Positions 37,401-46,608 of a stretch of DNA of 64,000 nt are shown piece after piece. The DNA comes from a virus, in IMG/VR virus record IMGVR_UViG_3300027754_005988, positions 32,001-96,000 of that record. One strand, 5' to 3'. Both the position numbers and the translations under genes were made by a program. Each line of letters starts with the position of its first letter. Position 1 is the first letter of the stretch. The notes under the pieces were generated by a model. It was not told where the DNA came from, ran no database searches, and saw only the letters and a program-made list of their open reading frames with translations.

Positions 37401-38019
37401 AGAAGAGGATTTAAGTGGTATGTATGATTGGAAACAATTAAGAGAAGATATCTTATTATATGGTGTTAGAAACTCTCTTGTTACAACATGTCCACCAACA
37501 GCTAGTTCGGCTCGTGTAATAGGTTCTAATGAAGCGTTTGAACCATTTACATCTAACTTATATGTTCGTAAGGTAACTGGTGGTGAATTTGCTATGGTAA
37601 ATAAACATTTGGTTAGAGATTTAGAAGAATTAGGATTATGGAATAGAGAAATTCTTAATGAATTGATTAAATATGAGGGTAGCCTTCAAAAAATACCAGT
37701 GATACCACAAGATATTAAAGATAGATATAGAACGGTATGGGAGATATCTCAAAAATCACTTATTGAAATGTCAGCAGACAGGGGTCCATTTATTGACCAA
37801 TCACAAAGTCTTAATATCTTTTTTGACACACCAACTGTTGCAAAATTAACAACAGCTCACACATTAGGGTGGAGGTTAGGGTTAAAGACTGGTCAATATT
37901 ACTTAAGGAGTCAACCAGTTGAAAATAAAGCAAAACATTTAGCTATTGATATGGTAAAACAAAACAAACCAGAAAAACCAATAGATAGTCAATTTGAATG
38001 CTTTGGATGTTCAAGTTAA
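34492..38019 (+). CDS. nrdA: Ribonucleotide reductase class Ia large subunit with ATP-cone and an intein
   Basis: VIKRNG ATP-cone, ERPQHM, EPWH, SSNLCSEI, PTAS, C-terminal CFGCSS. Confidence 0.96.
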   Translation: MQVIKRNGNKIDFNPSRILTRIKKQAEGLKVNADEVFIKVTQGLADNMTTNQLDDLISVVAESLAMNHPDYSKLAANIAISKLHKETEDSFIKATKKMYNNGLLSETYYNKVKENIDIIESIIDYSRDYQFDYFGWCSLKDIYLLKLSNGMIVERPQHMYIRVALMITNNEADFKEKYNDLSNQKESPATPIKINIGTKIGQIASCFDENTEVYIHNKGLIPIKDVKVGDKTITHKNNLKNITNVWVNDVNDREVVTFKTYRSRPITCTSNHEFYSISNEQLKWGLKPSFNSIEYLREGDYIKLGYNVGETSVEVIDLFNILKDVDGYELTCDNEYIYGVKKWEQTVHNVKDTVVNHKNLDKIKRFLIIDGDMAKFIGHWYGDGTLLKRNGNIRGISLVAHTKQKGICEFIRNIITNNIGLHFTDYLNKHNKNDSEWYSFSINNNLLGLCFEKLFGSYFDGKKINSFMYDWDKNLVDNFLIGLINSDGCVTNKLDVNLSMKNLDLIKNLSIILKKHGYNTGYSMTKKGLYRLDLGKNLDLIKMVTKHYNDDRLTRDYKLVNSRKYVIKINGETYSQIISKSIISYNKTKVYNLEVEDDHSYNVEGIIAKNCNLSIIPDDSTEGLLNMLGRISVSSSKAEGIGLAISNIRSKESNVGNSDGKAGGILKYLKVVNEALRYWNQRGKRPGSCAVYIEPWHKDIYDVLDIRKKTGDETLRARDLFSALWVPNNFMKAVETNSDWYLFCPHDIKKAGLKPFYEIYGEEYETEYNKAVELGIGTKIKAHDLWIKIIESQIESGMPYMCFKDHANEKSNQKNFGVIHSSNLCSEIMEVTDSQTTAICTLTSIPVQKFVTDGKYDFNELGRVSRSITKSLNIAVDVNEYSTVEGRKGGLEQRALGIGIQGLADVYAILKLAFTSQESRKLNKEIFETIYFNALRQSCDLAKETGLTYDHYEGSPISKGIFQWEMWGLKEEDLSGMYDWKQLREDILLYGVRNSLVTTCPPTASSARVIGSNEAFEPFTSNLYVRKVTGGEFAMVNKHLVRDLEELGLWNREILNELIKYEGSLQKIPVIPQDIKDRYRTVWEISQKSLIEMSADRGPFIDQSQSLNIFFDTPTVAKLTTAHTLGWRLGLKTGQYYLRSQPVENKAKHLAIDMVKQNKPEKPIDSQFECFGCSS
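35107..36321 (+). mobile_element. Intein (405 aa) with LAGLIDADG-type homing endonuclease in nrdA
   Basis: QIAS|CFDENT ... TSNH (block B) ... GHWYGDG, GLINSDG ... YNLEVEDDHSYNVEGIIAKN|CNL. Confidence 0.92.
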
Positions 38020-38022
38020 AAT

Positions 38023-38050
38023 AAAAAGGTCCTTTAAGGGCCTTTTTTTT
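38023..38050. terminator. Intrinsic terminator, probably bidirectional
   Basis: AAAAAGGTCCT-TTA-AGGGCCTTTTTTTT after the nrdA stop. Confidence 0.85.
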
Positions 38051-38087
38051 ATTTAACACATTTACTTATAAAAAATAAATATTATAA

Positions 38088-38094
38088 TATTTAT
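38088..38094 (+). promoter_or_regulatory. Phage promoter motif TATTTAT
   Basis: 18 nt before ATG 38113. Confidence 0.55.
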
Positions 38095-38112
38095 TAAAAA
38101 AGAAACTAAACA

Positions 38113-38499
38113 ATGGCTGAAGGACGTTATATAAACATAAATTACCCATTTAGGAATAGTCCAAATGGATTTTTCTTAGAAATGAATTCTGATGACAATT
38201 CAGCTATTAAAGCTGACCTTGTACATTTAATACTAACAAGAAAAGGTCAAAGACTTTATTTACCAGACTTTGGCACTGATTTAGTTAAATTCATATTTGA
38301 CCAAAATGATGACATCACATTAAGTTTAGTTAAAGAAGAAATAAAAACAGTTGTTAAAAAATACTTACCAAATCTAACGATAACAAATTTAACAGTTACT
38401 TATTCAGATGAAAGTGAATATGCTGCTGTTATTACTATAGAATATATAGTAACTGAAGGAGCATTTCAAACAAGTGACTCTGTAGTTATTAATCTTTAA
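38113..38499 (+). CDS. Baseplate wedge protein (T4 gp25 / GPW-like)
   Basis: IKADL..LILTRKGQRLYLPDFGTDL..IFD, KKYLPNL. Confidence 0.92.
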   Translation: MAEGRYININYPFRNSPNGFFLEMNSDDNSAIKADLVHLILTRKGQRLYLPDFGTDLVKFIFDQNDDITLSLVKEEIKTVVKKYLPNLTITNLTVTYSDESEYAAVITIEYIVTEGAFQTSDSVVINL

Positions 38500-40133
38500 C
38501 ATAATAAACTATATCTTTTATTACCAGAGTCATATATTCTATATATTCCTCTTGTTAACATAATAGAGTGTTCTGATTCATTTTCATCAAAACCTTGTTT
38601 AACTAGAATATCTTTCCTAAATTTGAAGCGATATTCTCTTTTTTTATTTAATATATAGTAATAATTAGGTATTGTATCGTATATAAATTTAAAACCTAAT
38701 TTCTCATATAAATCACCTAGTGACCATCTTCTATCGGCATAACTAATAATTTCGATAGGTTTATATGTTTTAATAAAGTGTTTTAATAATTTGTCAGCAC
38801 CGCCAATAACATTTGTGTTTAATTTATTACAAAATCTAACTAATTCATATAAACCTTCTGATGAATTATGACCCATTATCTTACGTAATTTACCAAATGT
38901 CATAATACTAACTAATTCATCATTATAATATAGTCCTAATTTTATTTTAGAATTAACATTACCCTGTAGATGATTTTTATTTAAAAATATTTTTGTTTCT
39001 TTAGAAGATACTTCTTTTATTTCTGTTTTTCTTCCATATATCTTATAATTGGTCATACCAAGTATATTACGTATTCTAGATTTAACGATATCTTGTTTAT
39101 GTACCCACTCATCTTCAAATATATGTACTAACTGTATACCTAATTGTTCACATTCATTTGTTTTATTTAAATGATAATCATTATTTAAGTATTCTTCTGA
39201 GTGCCAATAAAGACCATTAAATTCAACAGCTATTTTTTTAGAAGGTATGTATATATCTAATTCTTTACCATTAAGTATTGATTTATTGTTTTCAATCATA
39301 TCAATATTTAGTGACTTAATAAAATTAGTTACTTCTTTTTCATTATTAGAAACTCCGTTATTAGAACATTTAGCACAACCGTTACCATTTCTATGTGAAT
39401 CACAACGCTGTTCAAATTCACCATGTATAGGACATATTATTTTTACTTTATCTGTTATTTTATTATAATCGACAAAAGAATAATCATATTTATTATTATG
39501 TACAAAAGAACAAAAAGTATTAAATGTTTTAGTGTCATATATTTTTTCTAAACATTTAAAACAACCTTGTTGTTTTGATATATGGTTATTTGGTGTTTGT
39601 TCAAAAACACCGTGTTCTGGGCAAATAATTTTAATTTTATCGTGTGATGTATCATATTTCACTAAAGAATAATCGTATTTATTATCATGAATTTCTTTAG
39701 CTTTTAATATAAACATGTTAGTATCCATTTTACTAGTACCACCACAATACAAACACCCTCTACCATTTAAATGATTACTAGGTATTTGTTCAAAAATACC
39801 GTGCTCTCGACAAATGATTTTAATTTTTGTTTTTGAATTAATGTAGTTAACAATAGAATAATCGTATACATCACCATGAACTTTTTTTGCGTCTGAAATA
39901 AATACATCTATATTTTTTCTTTGTTTATTATGTAATATGGTAGTTGAACACTTAGGGCAATTTTGTTTTGCATTAACATGTTTACTTGGTGTCTGTTCAA
40001 AAACACCATGTATTGGACATATTATTTTAATCATTGAATCATTTTTAAAATATTCAACCAATGAATAATCATACCTATCACCATGAATTTTCTTTGCTGA
40101 TAAAATAAATTCTTTAGATGTTTTCTTTTTCAT
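38496..40133 (-). CDS. Second nuclease-GNAT(Mom-like) fusion, with four tandem C-x2-H...C-x2-C zinc-finger-like repeats
   Basis: Four copies of YDYS.V.Y...KIIC..HG.FEQ....H.....C..C; ELDIYIPSKKIAVEFNGLYWHS; IISYADRRWSLGDLYEKLGF. Antisense insertion between gp25- and gp6-like genes. Confidence 0.85.
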   Translation of the reverse strand: MKKKTSKEFILSAKKIHGDRYDYSLVEYFKNDSMIKIICPIHGVFEQTPSKHVNAKQNCPKCSTTILHNKQRKNIDVFISDAKKVHGDVYDYSIVNYINSKTKIKIICREHGIFEQIPSNHLNGRGCLYCGGTSKMDTNMFILKAKEIHDNKYDYSLVKYDTSHDKIKIICPEHGVFEQTPNNHISKQQGCFKCLEKIYDTKTFNTFCSFVHNNKYDYSFVDYNKITDKVKIICPIHGEFEQRCDSHRNGNGCAKCSNNGVSNNEKEVTNFIKSLNIDMIENNKSILNGKELDIYIPSKKIAVEFNGLYWHSEEYLNNDYHLNKTNECEQLGIQLVHIFEDEWVHKQDIVKSRIRNILGMTNYKIYGRKTEIKEVSSKETKIFLNKNHLQGNVNSKIKLGLYYNDELVSIMTFGKLRKIMGHNSSEGLYELVRFCNKLNTNVIGGADKLLKHFIKTYKPIEIISYADRRWSLGDLYEKLGFKFIYDTIPNYYYILNKKREYRFKFRKDILVKQGFDENESEHSIMLTRGIYRIYDSGNKRYSLLC

Positions 40134-40217
40134 ACCTTATGGTGTTTAATTATAACTATGTAAAGTTAGTAAAAAAAAATAATAAAAGAAATGTTTATTA
40201 TTTTTTTTTATTAGTTA

Positions 40218-40224
40218 TATTTAT
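40218..40224 (+). promoter_or_regulatory. Phage promoter motif TATTTAT
   Basis: 15 nt before ATG 40240. Confidence 0.55.
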
Positions 40225-40239
40225 TATTAAAAGAATAAT

Positions 40240-42060
40240 ATGGCAAATCAAGGGATTAATTATACTTCACGTAACTTCGCAGACATAAGGTCTGGGCTAA
40301 TAGATATGGTTAAACAATATTACCCAGACATCTTTAATGATTTTAATGATGCATCTGTTGGTATGATGTTACTAGAATTAAATGCAGCTGTTGGTGATAT
40401 GTTATCAGTCAATACTGATAGGATGTTTCAAGAAACACAAATAGATTACGCTAAAGAGTCAAAATCTGTTCGTTCATTAGCTAGGACATTTGGTTTAAAG
40501 ATACCAGGTAAACGACCAAGTATAACAATAGTTGATTTTAGTGTTAAAGTTCCAGTTTTTGGTGATACATATGATTCTTCATATGCTCCTATTATTAGAG
40601 CTGGTGCACAGGTAAATGGTGCAGGTAAGGTATTTGAAACAACAGGTGATATTGATTTTACTAATCCATTTACTGTTGGTGGTATACCAAATAGAAAAAT
40701 AATACCTAATTTTGATTCAAATGGTACTATTATTAACTATACTATTGTAAAAAGGGAAATTGTTATAAATGGTTTTACCAAAGTATTCAAAAGAATAATA
40801 ACAGCTAACGATGTTAAACCATTTTTAGAAGTTATATTACCAGATGACAATGTTTTATCTATAGATTCAATTATATCATTACAAGGTACTAATTTTTCAA
40901 CACAACCAAGCAATAGTCAATTCTTAGATATACAAAATAGATGGTTTGAAATGGATGCATTGGCTGAAGATAAAGTATTCATCGAAGATACTGCAAAGGT
41001 TTCAGATAATGCTGGTGTTAGACCAGGAAAATGGATAACAGTAACAAAAAAATTCATAAGAGAATATACTGATTTAGGTTTTACAAAACTAATATTTGGT
41101 GGTGGTACGCAAGACACTAGTAGCCTTTCTGATTTTGACACAAACAAAGCTTTGGTTAATCAAATAGGTGACTTTATAAATAATATGTCATTAGGTGTTA
41201 CACCAACAGCAAATACTACTATGTTTATTAAATATAGAGTTGGTGGTGGTACTGATACCAATTTGGGTGTTAATGTATTGACATCTGTTGGCTTGGCTGA
41301 TATTAGTGTAATAGGTAGTGATGCTCAAATAAATCAAGCTGTTAGAAATTCATTAACAGTTAATAATGCATTACCTGCTTTAGGTGGTAGAGATGTTCCT
41401 AGTGTTGAAGAAATAAGGAATATGGTTAGATATAATTTTGCCTCACAAAATAGAGCAGTAACTATTAAAGATTACCAAACAAGAATAACACAAATGCCAG
41501 GCAAATTTGGTGTTCCATTTAGATGTGGTGTTTTTGAAGAACAAAATAAAATCAATATATACGTATTAGGTTTAAATGGTAACGGTAATTTATCTAATTC
41601 ATCAACTAGCGCATTAAAAGATAATATAGCAACATATTTAGCTGATTATAGAATGCTAAATGATTATATTCAAATGACTGATGGTAGAATAATAAATTTA
41701 GCATTTGAAGTTGATTTATATACTGATAAAAAAATACCACAATCACAAGTTATTAGTGAAGTAATTAATAACATACAAACATATATGGATATTAATAATT
41801 TCCAAATGGGTGATAATATATACATATCTAATTTACTTAATAAAATAAATGATGTTGGTGGTGTTATAAACGTAATTGATTTGAGGATATATAATAAAGT
41901 TGGTGGAATATATAGTATTAATGAAATATCACAACCTTATTTAGATGCTGAAACAAGACAAATAGACCTATCAAGTGATTATACTTTATTTGGTGAACCT
42001 ACTAGTATGTTTGAAATATTACAACCAACTAAAGATATAATGGTTAGGGTTAAATCTTAG
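40240..42060 (+). CDS. Baseplate wedge protein (T4 gp6 / baseplate J-like)
   Basis: NYTSRNFADIR..L, DASVGMMLLEL, YRVGGG, GGRD, QNRAVTIKDY. Confidence 0.92.
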   Translation: MANQGINYTSRNFADIRSGLIDMVKQYYPDIFNDFNDASVGMMLLELNAAVGDMLSVNTDRMFQETQIDYAKESKSVRSLARTFGLKIPGKRPSITIVDFSVKVPVFGDTYDSSYAPIIRAGAQVNGAGKVFETTGDIDFTNPFTVGGIPNRKIIPNFDSNGTIINYTIVKREIVINGFTKVFKRIITANDVKPFLEVILPDDNVLSIDSIISLQGTNFSTQPSNSQFLDIQNRWFEMDALAEDKVFIEDTAKVSDNAGVRPGKWITVTKKFIREYTDLGFTKLIFGGGTQDTSSLSDFDTNKALVNQIGDFINNMSLGVTPTANTTMFIKYRVGGGTDTNLGVNVLTSVGLADISVIGSDAQINQAVRNSLTVNNALPALGGRDVPSVEEIRNMVRYNFASQNRAVTIKDYQTRITQMPGKFGVPFRCGVFEEQNKINIYVLGLNGNGNLSNSSTSALKDNIATYLADYRMLNDYIQMTDGRIINLAFEVDLYTDKKIPQSQVISEVINNIQTYMDINNFQMGDNIYISNLLNKINDVGGVINVIDLRIYNKVGGIYSINEISQPYLDAETRQIDLSSDYTLFGEPTSMFEILQPTKDIMVRVKS

Positions 42061-42122
42061 TATTTCCTTATTATATTAAAAATACTAAATTTAATAAAAT
42101 AACATTATTTAAAAATAAAAAT

Positions 42123-42482
42123 ATGAGTTGTAATTGTAAAAAAGAAAATAATAAAATAGAAAATAATGAAGAAACTAATATAATAACAACAATATTTAAA
42201 CACTTTTTAAATTTTTTTATTTTTGCTATTTCATTAATGTTTTCTCCTGTTGCATTGGTTGGATATGTGATAGTTATGTTTAGAGTTATCGTTTTGAATA
42301 AAAACGTTGATATCCTTAGTTTAACTACCAATTTTATTTCTAATTATAGGAAATATAAAGAAATTAAATCACTTGAAGATAGTGATGATGAAGATGATGA
42401 CTATGATTATTCTGAATTAGAGGTAGATGCTGATGATTACGAAATGGTTGATGTTGAAGTTATAACAAAAGAGACAAAATAA
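42123..42482 (+). CDS. Small membrane protein with acidic C-terminus
   Basis: MSCNCKK start, hydrophobic stretch FLNFFIFAISLMFSPVALVGYVIVMFRVIVL, D/E-rich tail. Confidence 0.7.
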   Translation: MSCNCKKENNKIENNEETNIITTIFKHFLNFFIFAISLMFSPVALVGYVIVMFRVIVLNKNVDILSLTTNFISNYRKYKEIKSLEDSDDEDDDYDYSELEVDADDYEMVDVEVITKETK

Positions 42483-42486
42483 ATAT

Positions 42487-45400
42487 ATGTCAAAAACAGT
42501 AAGAATTAGAACATCACCAAATGGTGATGACCAATATATTAAAGTTAAATTAGAACAAGATTTTGATTTTATTGAAATATTATCATTAAAGATTTCACAA
42601 GAAGATACATATCTTAAATTTTGTTCTGATTATGGTGTTGTTGTAGGAAGAGTTAATGTTAATGGTGGTTTTGGTGTTCCTAATGCTAAAGTTAGTGTTT
42701 TTATACCACTGGATGATAACGATAAAAATAATCCAGATATAAGCAATATATATCCGTATGAGATTATAACAGATAAAACTGATGAAGGTATTAGGTATAA
42801 TTTATTACCAAAAGATGGTAATCCAAATGATATATGCTCAACACCAGTAGGTACATTCCCAAATAAAAGAGAAGTACTGGATAACCCAACAATGTTGGAG
42901 ATTTATCAAAAATATTATAAATTCACAACTACAACAAATTTTGCTGGTGACTTTATGTTATTTGGTGTGCCACTTGGAACACATATAATACATGTTGATG
43001 CTGATTTATCTGATATTGGTTTGATATCACAAAAACCATATGATTTTATTGAGCAAGGTAGCCCAGAAAATTTGTTTGAAAGTCCTACCAAGTTTAAAAA
43101 AGATATTAATTTAGATAAATTACCACAGATAAAATCATTTAATATCGGTGTTAATGTTGAGCCTTTTTGGGGTGATGTTGATAATTGTGAAATAGGTATT
43201 ACTAGGTTAGACATACCATTAAATTATACAGTGGCCCCATCTGCAATCTTTATGGGTAATATTTTTGGTGACCAAGCGCAAAGTAAAGCTAAAATCAAAA
43301 GAAATTGTAAACCTAGTAATAAATTGGGGTATATATGTGACCAAGTAACCAATAGTGGTACTATTGAGATGATTAGAAAAACAATAACTGGAGATATTGA
43401 AAGATTCGATATTGGAAATGTTATTGATGAAGATGGTTCATGGGCTTGTCAAATACCAATGAATTTAGATTATGTTATAACTGATGAAACTGGTAAGTTC
43501 ATTTATTCACAAGACCCAAATATAGGCATTCCAACAAGAGCTAGTGTTAGATTTAGAATAGGTATGGATGACGCTGGTGGTTCAGCTAGATTAGCAACAA
43601 GGGCAAAATATTTGATACCTAATAATCCTTATAATAAAAATGAGATAGATTATAATTTTGGACCAGAAAGCAATGAATTTAAAGCAACAAAAGATTCTAG
43701 TTTTAAAGAATTATTCTGGAATAAAATATATACTGTTTCAAACTACATACCTAGATTTCAAAATAATTCAATAATAAAAAATGATTTTATTACTGGCATC
43801 AAAAATGTTGATGGTTGTGTAGGTGATAAAACACCATTCCCATATAATAGAGTTTCATCACAATATAACCTTTTATTTGTTTTCATTTGTTTTTTAGTGT
43901 TATTATTAGAAGCTTTAATTGGTGTCGTTAACCTTATAATTACTGCAATTAATGAAACCATTATATTTTATATTAATTTTGTTATAATTGGGTTTATAAA
44001 TTTAATTTTTTCGTTTATTTCTTTTCTTGGGGTACCAAAGATTGAAATCCCTCCAATACCTTATATATCTTGTATAAGTGTTAAATGTCCTAATGGAGAC
44101 CCAGATGCTTTGAATTGTGCTCCTGGATGTGTTCCTGGTAGTCATGGGTATAATAAATTAAAAGCAACGTTAGGTACCATAGCGACTACACCATCAGCAT
44201 TAAGTGATTGTATGGCTTTTCAATTGGCTAAATCATTTGGTGTATATGAGTTATCTTTTTATAATGACTGGGTAAACGGTAGTCTTTATAGTTTTTTATT
44301 ACAATACAAAAAAAGAAACTCATTAAAAAATAGATTAGGTTCTGAAACTTTTTGTGAATATGATTGTTCTGAATTTGTTAATGATGAAAATTACACAGGT
44401 GTTAAAGCTAATAAAAATGGACAACCAGATAACAAATGTTCATATAATTATTTAGCTGATACAATGTTAACAACCGACACAGAAACAATAGACGTACGAT
44501 TATCAGGTGAAACATCTGATGCAATTAGAGAAGGGTTAGTTAAAAAAGTTGGTAATGAGTATATTTATGCTGCAACAACACATGATGCTAAATATAAATT
44601 ATTTGCTACTGATATAGTATGTTTAGGTTCTATTTCTAATTATGATTGGCAAGGTATTCCAAAAATAAACGATTTATTGGTACCAACAACTTATAAAATT
44701 TCACCAGACGTTCCAGATATTATAGATGGTGTTACCGATGTGAGTGGCGTTGTTAATATAGTTAAAAATACTCAAATGTTTAGTGGTATACTTGGTGGTG
44801 GTGTAGACACTCCTTTTGTCTTTTTCGATATAAATTGTCTAGGTGTATTTATACCATATAAAGGTGGTTTAAATTTAAGGCATCAATGTGAATTTGGTGT
44901 TGATATTGACCAAACAACGCTAAAGTCAGATAACACAACACTACCACCAAATGGTATACTTGGTGCTGATGATATAGATGATGATAATGGTAAATATTTT
45001 AGAGACATTTTTCTTGTTTTAAATAGATTAAAAGATATTCCAAAACCATTTCCTATAATTAAAAGTGGTGGTCAATCAAGTATAACTAGTAATTTTAATT
45101 TAAACAATTCACCAACAGCTAACTTTACATCATATGCTGATAATGGTGTTGATTATATTAATTTTAGACATTATTCTGTAAATGGTGTATTAGTAGGTAG
45201 TGACAAATTTGGTCAGACACAACATTCATTTTATTTTTACTTTGGTGTTAAGCCAGGTAAAACAGCGTTAGATAAAATGAATTCAAAATACTTTACTAAG
45301 TGTATTAAAGAAAAAATAGATGAATTTACCATTCAAGCATCAACAACTCCAACTGCTAAAAACGCAAAGACTGGTACTATAATGTTTAATTTTATTGGTG

Positions 45401-46608
45401 GTGCATCTCCAATAAAATATACAGTAACTGGACCTAATACAGTAAAAAAAGGTGTTACACAACCAAACGCATCTATATTCATAGATTCATTAGGCGTTGG
45501 TGAATACAAAATAGAAGGTGTTGATTCACTTGGTGTTGTTGTTGTTAAAATTCTTAATATATATGGTCCAAACCCTTTATCTGCTTTAGTTCAAGTAACA
45601 TCAAATGCGTCAACTGTTGTTAGTTCGGATGGTGAGATAACAATAGAAGCAATATCTAATGGTGTTCAACCTTACACATATACACTTAAAAACTCTTCTG
45701 GTACTATAGTAGCAGGTCCTTCAACTGCAACACCTCCAGTAGTATTAGGTGGTTTGGTTAAAGATGCACCAATTGGTTATACTATGCAAATAAAAGATAG
45801 TGCTAATGAAACAATAACAATATCAAAATTGGTTTTAATTGGTATTTCAGAACAATTAAGCGCTAAAATTGATAAAAAGGATACAACATGTTACGATGGT
45901 AAAGATGGTACAATCACTATATCAAATAATGGCGGTAAACCACCATATACTTTCAAAACAGTTGGGCCAAATGGTTATGTTAATACTAGTAATCTATTAG
46001 AAGGTTTAGGTATAGGTACTTATACTACAACATTAACTGATAGTAGTAAAACTCCAGTAACTTTAGTGTACAATACAGTAATTAATTCAGTTAACCCAAA
46101 AATGACATTAAGAGCTGGTTCTACTGCTGAGTTGAAAAAACAATGTAGTAATACAATGCATAAGATAACTGTTTATTTAGAGTATTCATTTGGAGCTCCA
46201 AATGTGGCTAATTTAGAATACAGAACATCTAATGGTAGTTGGGTTACTTTACCGCCACTTACTTACGTTAATAAAGATACTAAGTTAGAATTTGACATAC
46301 CGTCAGTTTTGGTTAATAATGATTTAGTACTTAGGTCTAAAATGTATCCTCAATTATGCTATAGTAATGAATTATCAATAAACAAATCTAGCATTACATT
46401 ACCTACAGCTAATTTAACTGGTAATATAACCACAACAAATGGCACTGGAGCGTATAAAGGAAAATACAAACAGGATATTAGAGTAGTTGGTGGGTTTAGC
46501 TCATATACTGGAAGTCCATATGGGCCAGGTATTACATATACAGATGCTAAATCAATAACAACAACAATAACTGATAATGTTGGATGTACTGTAACACTTA
46601 AATCATAA
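42487..46608 (+). CDS. Large virion/baseplate protein with internal hydrophobic segment and C-terminal SprB-like repeats
   Basis: N-terminal YGVVVGRV..NGGFGVPNAKVSVF; GG..PY(T/K)(Y/F) beta-repeats (about 45340-46605). Confidence 0.65.
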   Translation: MSKTVRIRTSPNGDDQYIKVKLEQDFDFIEILSLKISQEDTYLKFCSDYGVVVGRVNVNGGFGVPNAKVSVFIPLDDNDKNNPDISNIYPYEIITDKTDEGIRYNLLPKDGNPNDICSTPVGTFPNKREVLDNPTMLEIYQKYYKFTTTTNFAGDFMLFGVPLGTHIIHVDADLSDIGLISQKPYDFIEQGSPENLFESPTKFKKDINLDKLPQIKSFNIGVNVEPFWGDVDNCEIGITRLDIPLNYTVAPSAIFMGNIFGDQAQSKAKIKRNCKPSNKLGYICDQVTNSGTIEMIRKTITGDIERFDIGNVIDEDGSWACQIPMNLDYVITDETGKFIYSQDPNIGIPTRASVRFRIGMDDAGGSARLATRAKYLIPNNPYNKNEIDYNFGPESNEFKATKDSSFKELFWNKIYTVSNYIPRFQNNSIIKNDFITGIKNVDGCVGDKTPFPYNRVSSQYNLLFVFICFLVLLLEALIGVVNLIITAINETIIFYINFVIIGFINLIFSFISFLGVPKIEIPPIPYISCISVKCPNGDPDALNCAPGCVPGSHGYNKLKATLGTIATTPSALSDCMAFQLAKSFGVYELSFYNDWVNGSLYSFLLQYKKRNSLKNRLGSETFCEYDCSEFVNDENYTGVKANKNGQPDNKCSYNYLADTMLTTDTETIDVRLSGETSDAIREGLVKKVGNEYIYAATTHDAKYKLFATDIVCLGSISNYDWQGIPKINDLLVPTTYKISPDVPDIIDGVTDVSGVVNIVKNTQMFSGILGGGVDTPFVFFDINCLGVFIPYKGGLNLRHQCEFGVDIDQTTLKSDNTTLPPNGILGADDIDDDNGKYFRDIFLVLNRLKDIPKPFPIIKSGGQSSITSNFNLNNSPTANFTSYADNGVDYINFRHYSVNGVLVGSDKFGQTQHSFYFYFGVKPGKTALDKMNSKYFTKCIKEKIDEFTIQASTTPTAKNAKTGTIMFNFIGGASPIKYTVTGPNTVKKGVTQPNASIFIDSLGVGEYKIEGVDSLGVVVVKILNIYGPNPLSALVQVTSNASTVVSSDGEITIEAISNGVQPYTYTLKNSSGTIVAGPSTATPPVVLGGLVKDAPIGYTMQIKDSANETITISKLVLIGISEQLSAKIDKKDTTCYDGKDGTITISNNGGKPPYTFKTVGPNGYVNTSNLLEGLGIGTYTTTLTDSSKTPVTLVYNTVINSVNPKMTLRAGSTAELKKQCSNTMHKITVYLEYSFGAPNVANLEYRTSNGSWVTLPPLTYVNKDTKLEFDIPSVLVNNDLVLRSKMYPQLCYSNELSINKSSITLPTANLTGNITTTNGTGAYKGKYKQDIRVVGGFSSYTGSPYGPGITYTDAKSITTTITDNVGCTVTLKS

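Noticed and set aside
42070-42100. TAAATTTA and similar TAnnTTTA elements (also minus strand near 40161) as host-type promoters
   Set aside because: They mismatch the terminal G and lack a clear -33 TTG; too weak in this AT background.
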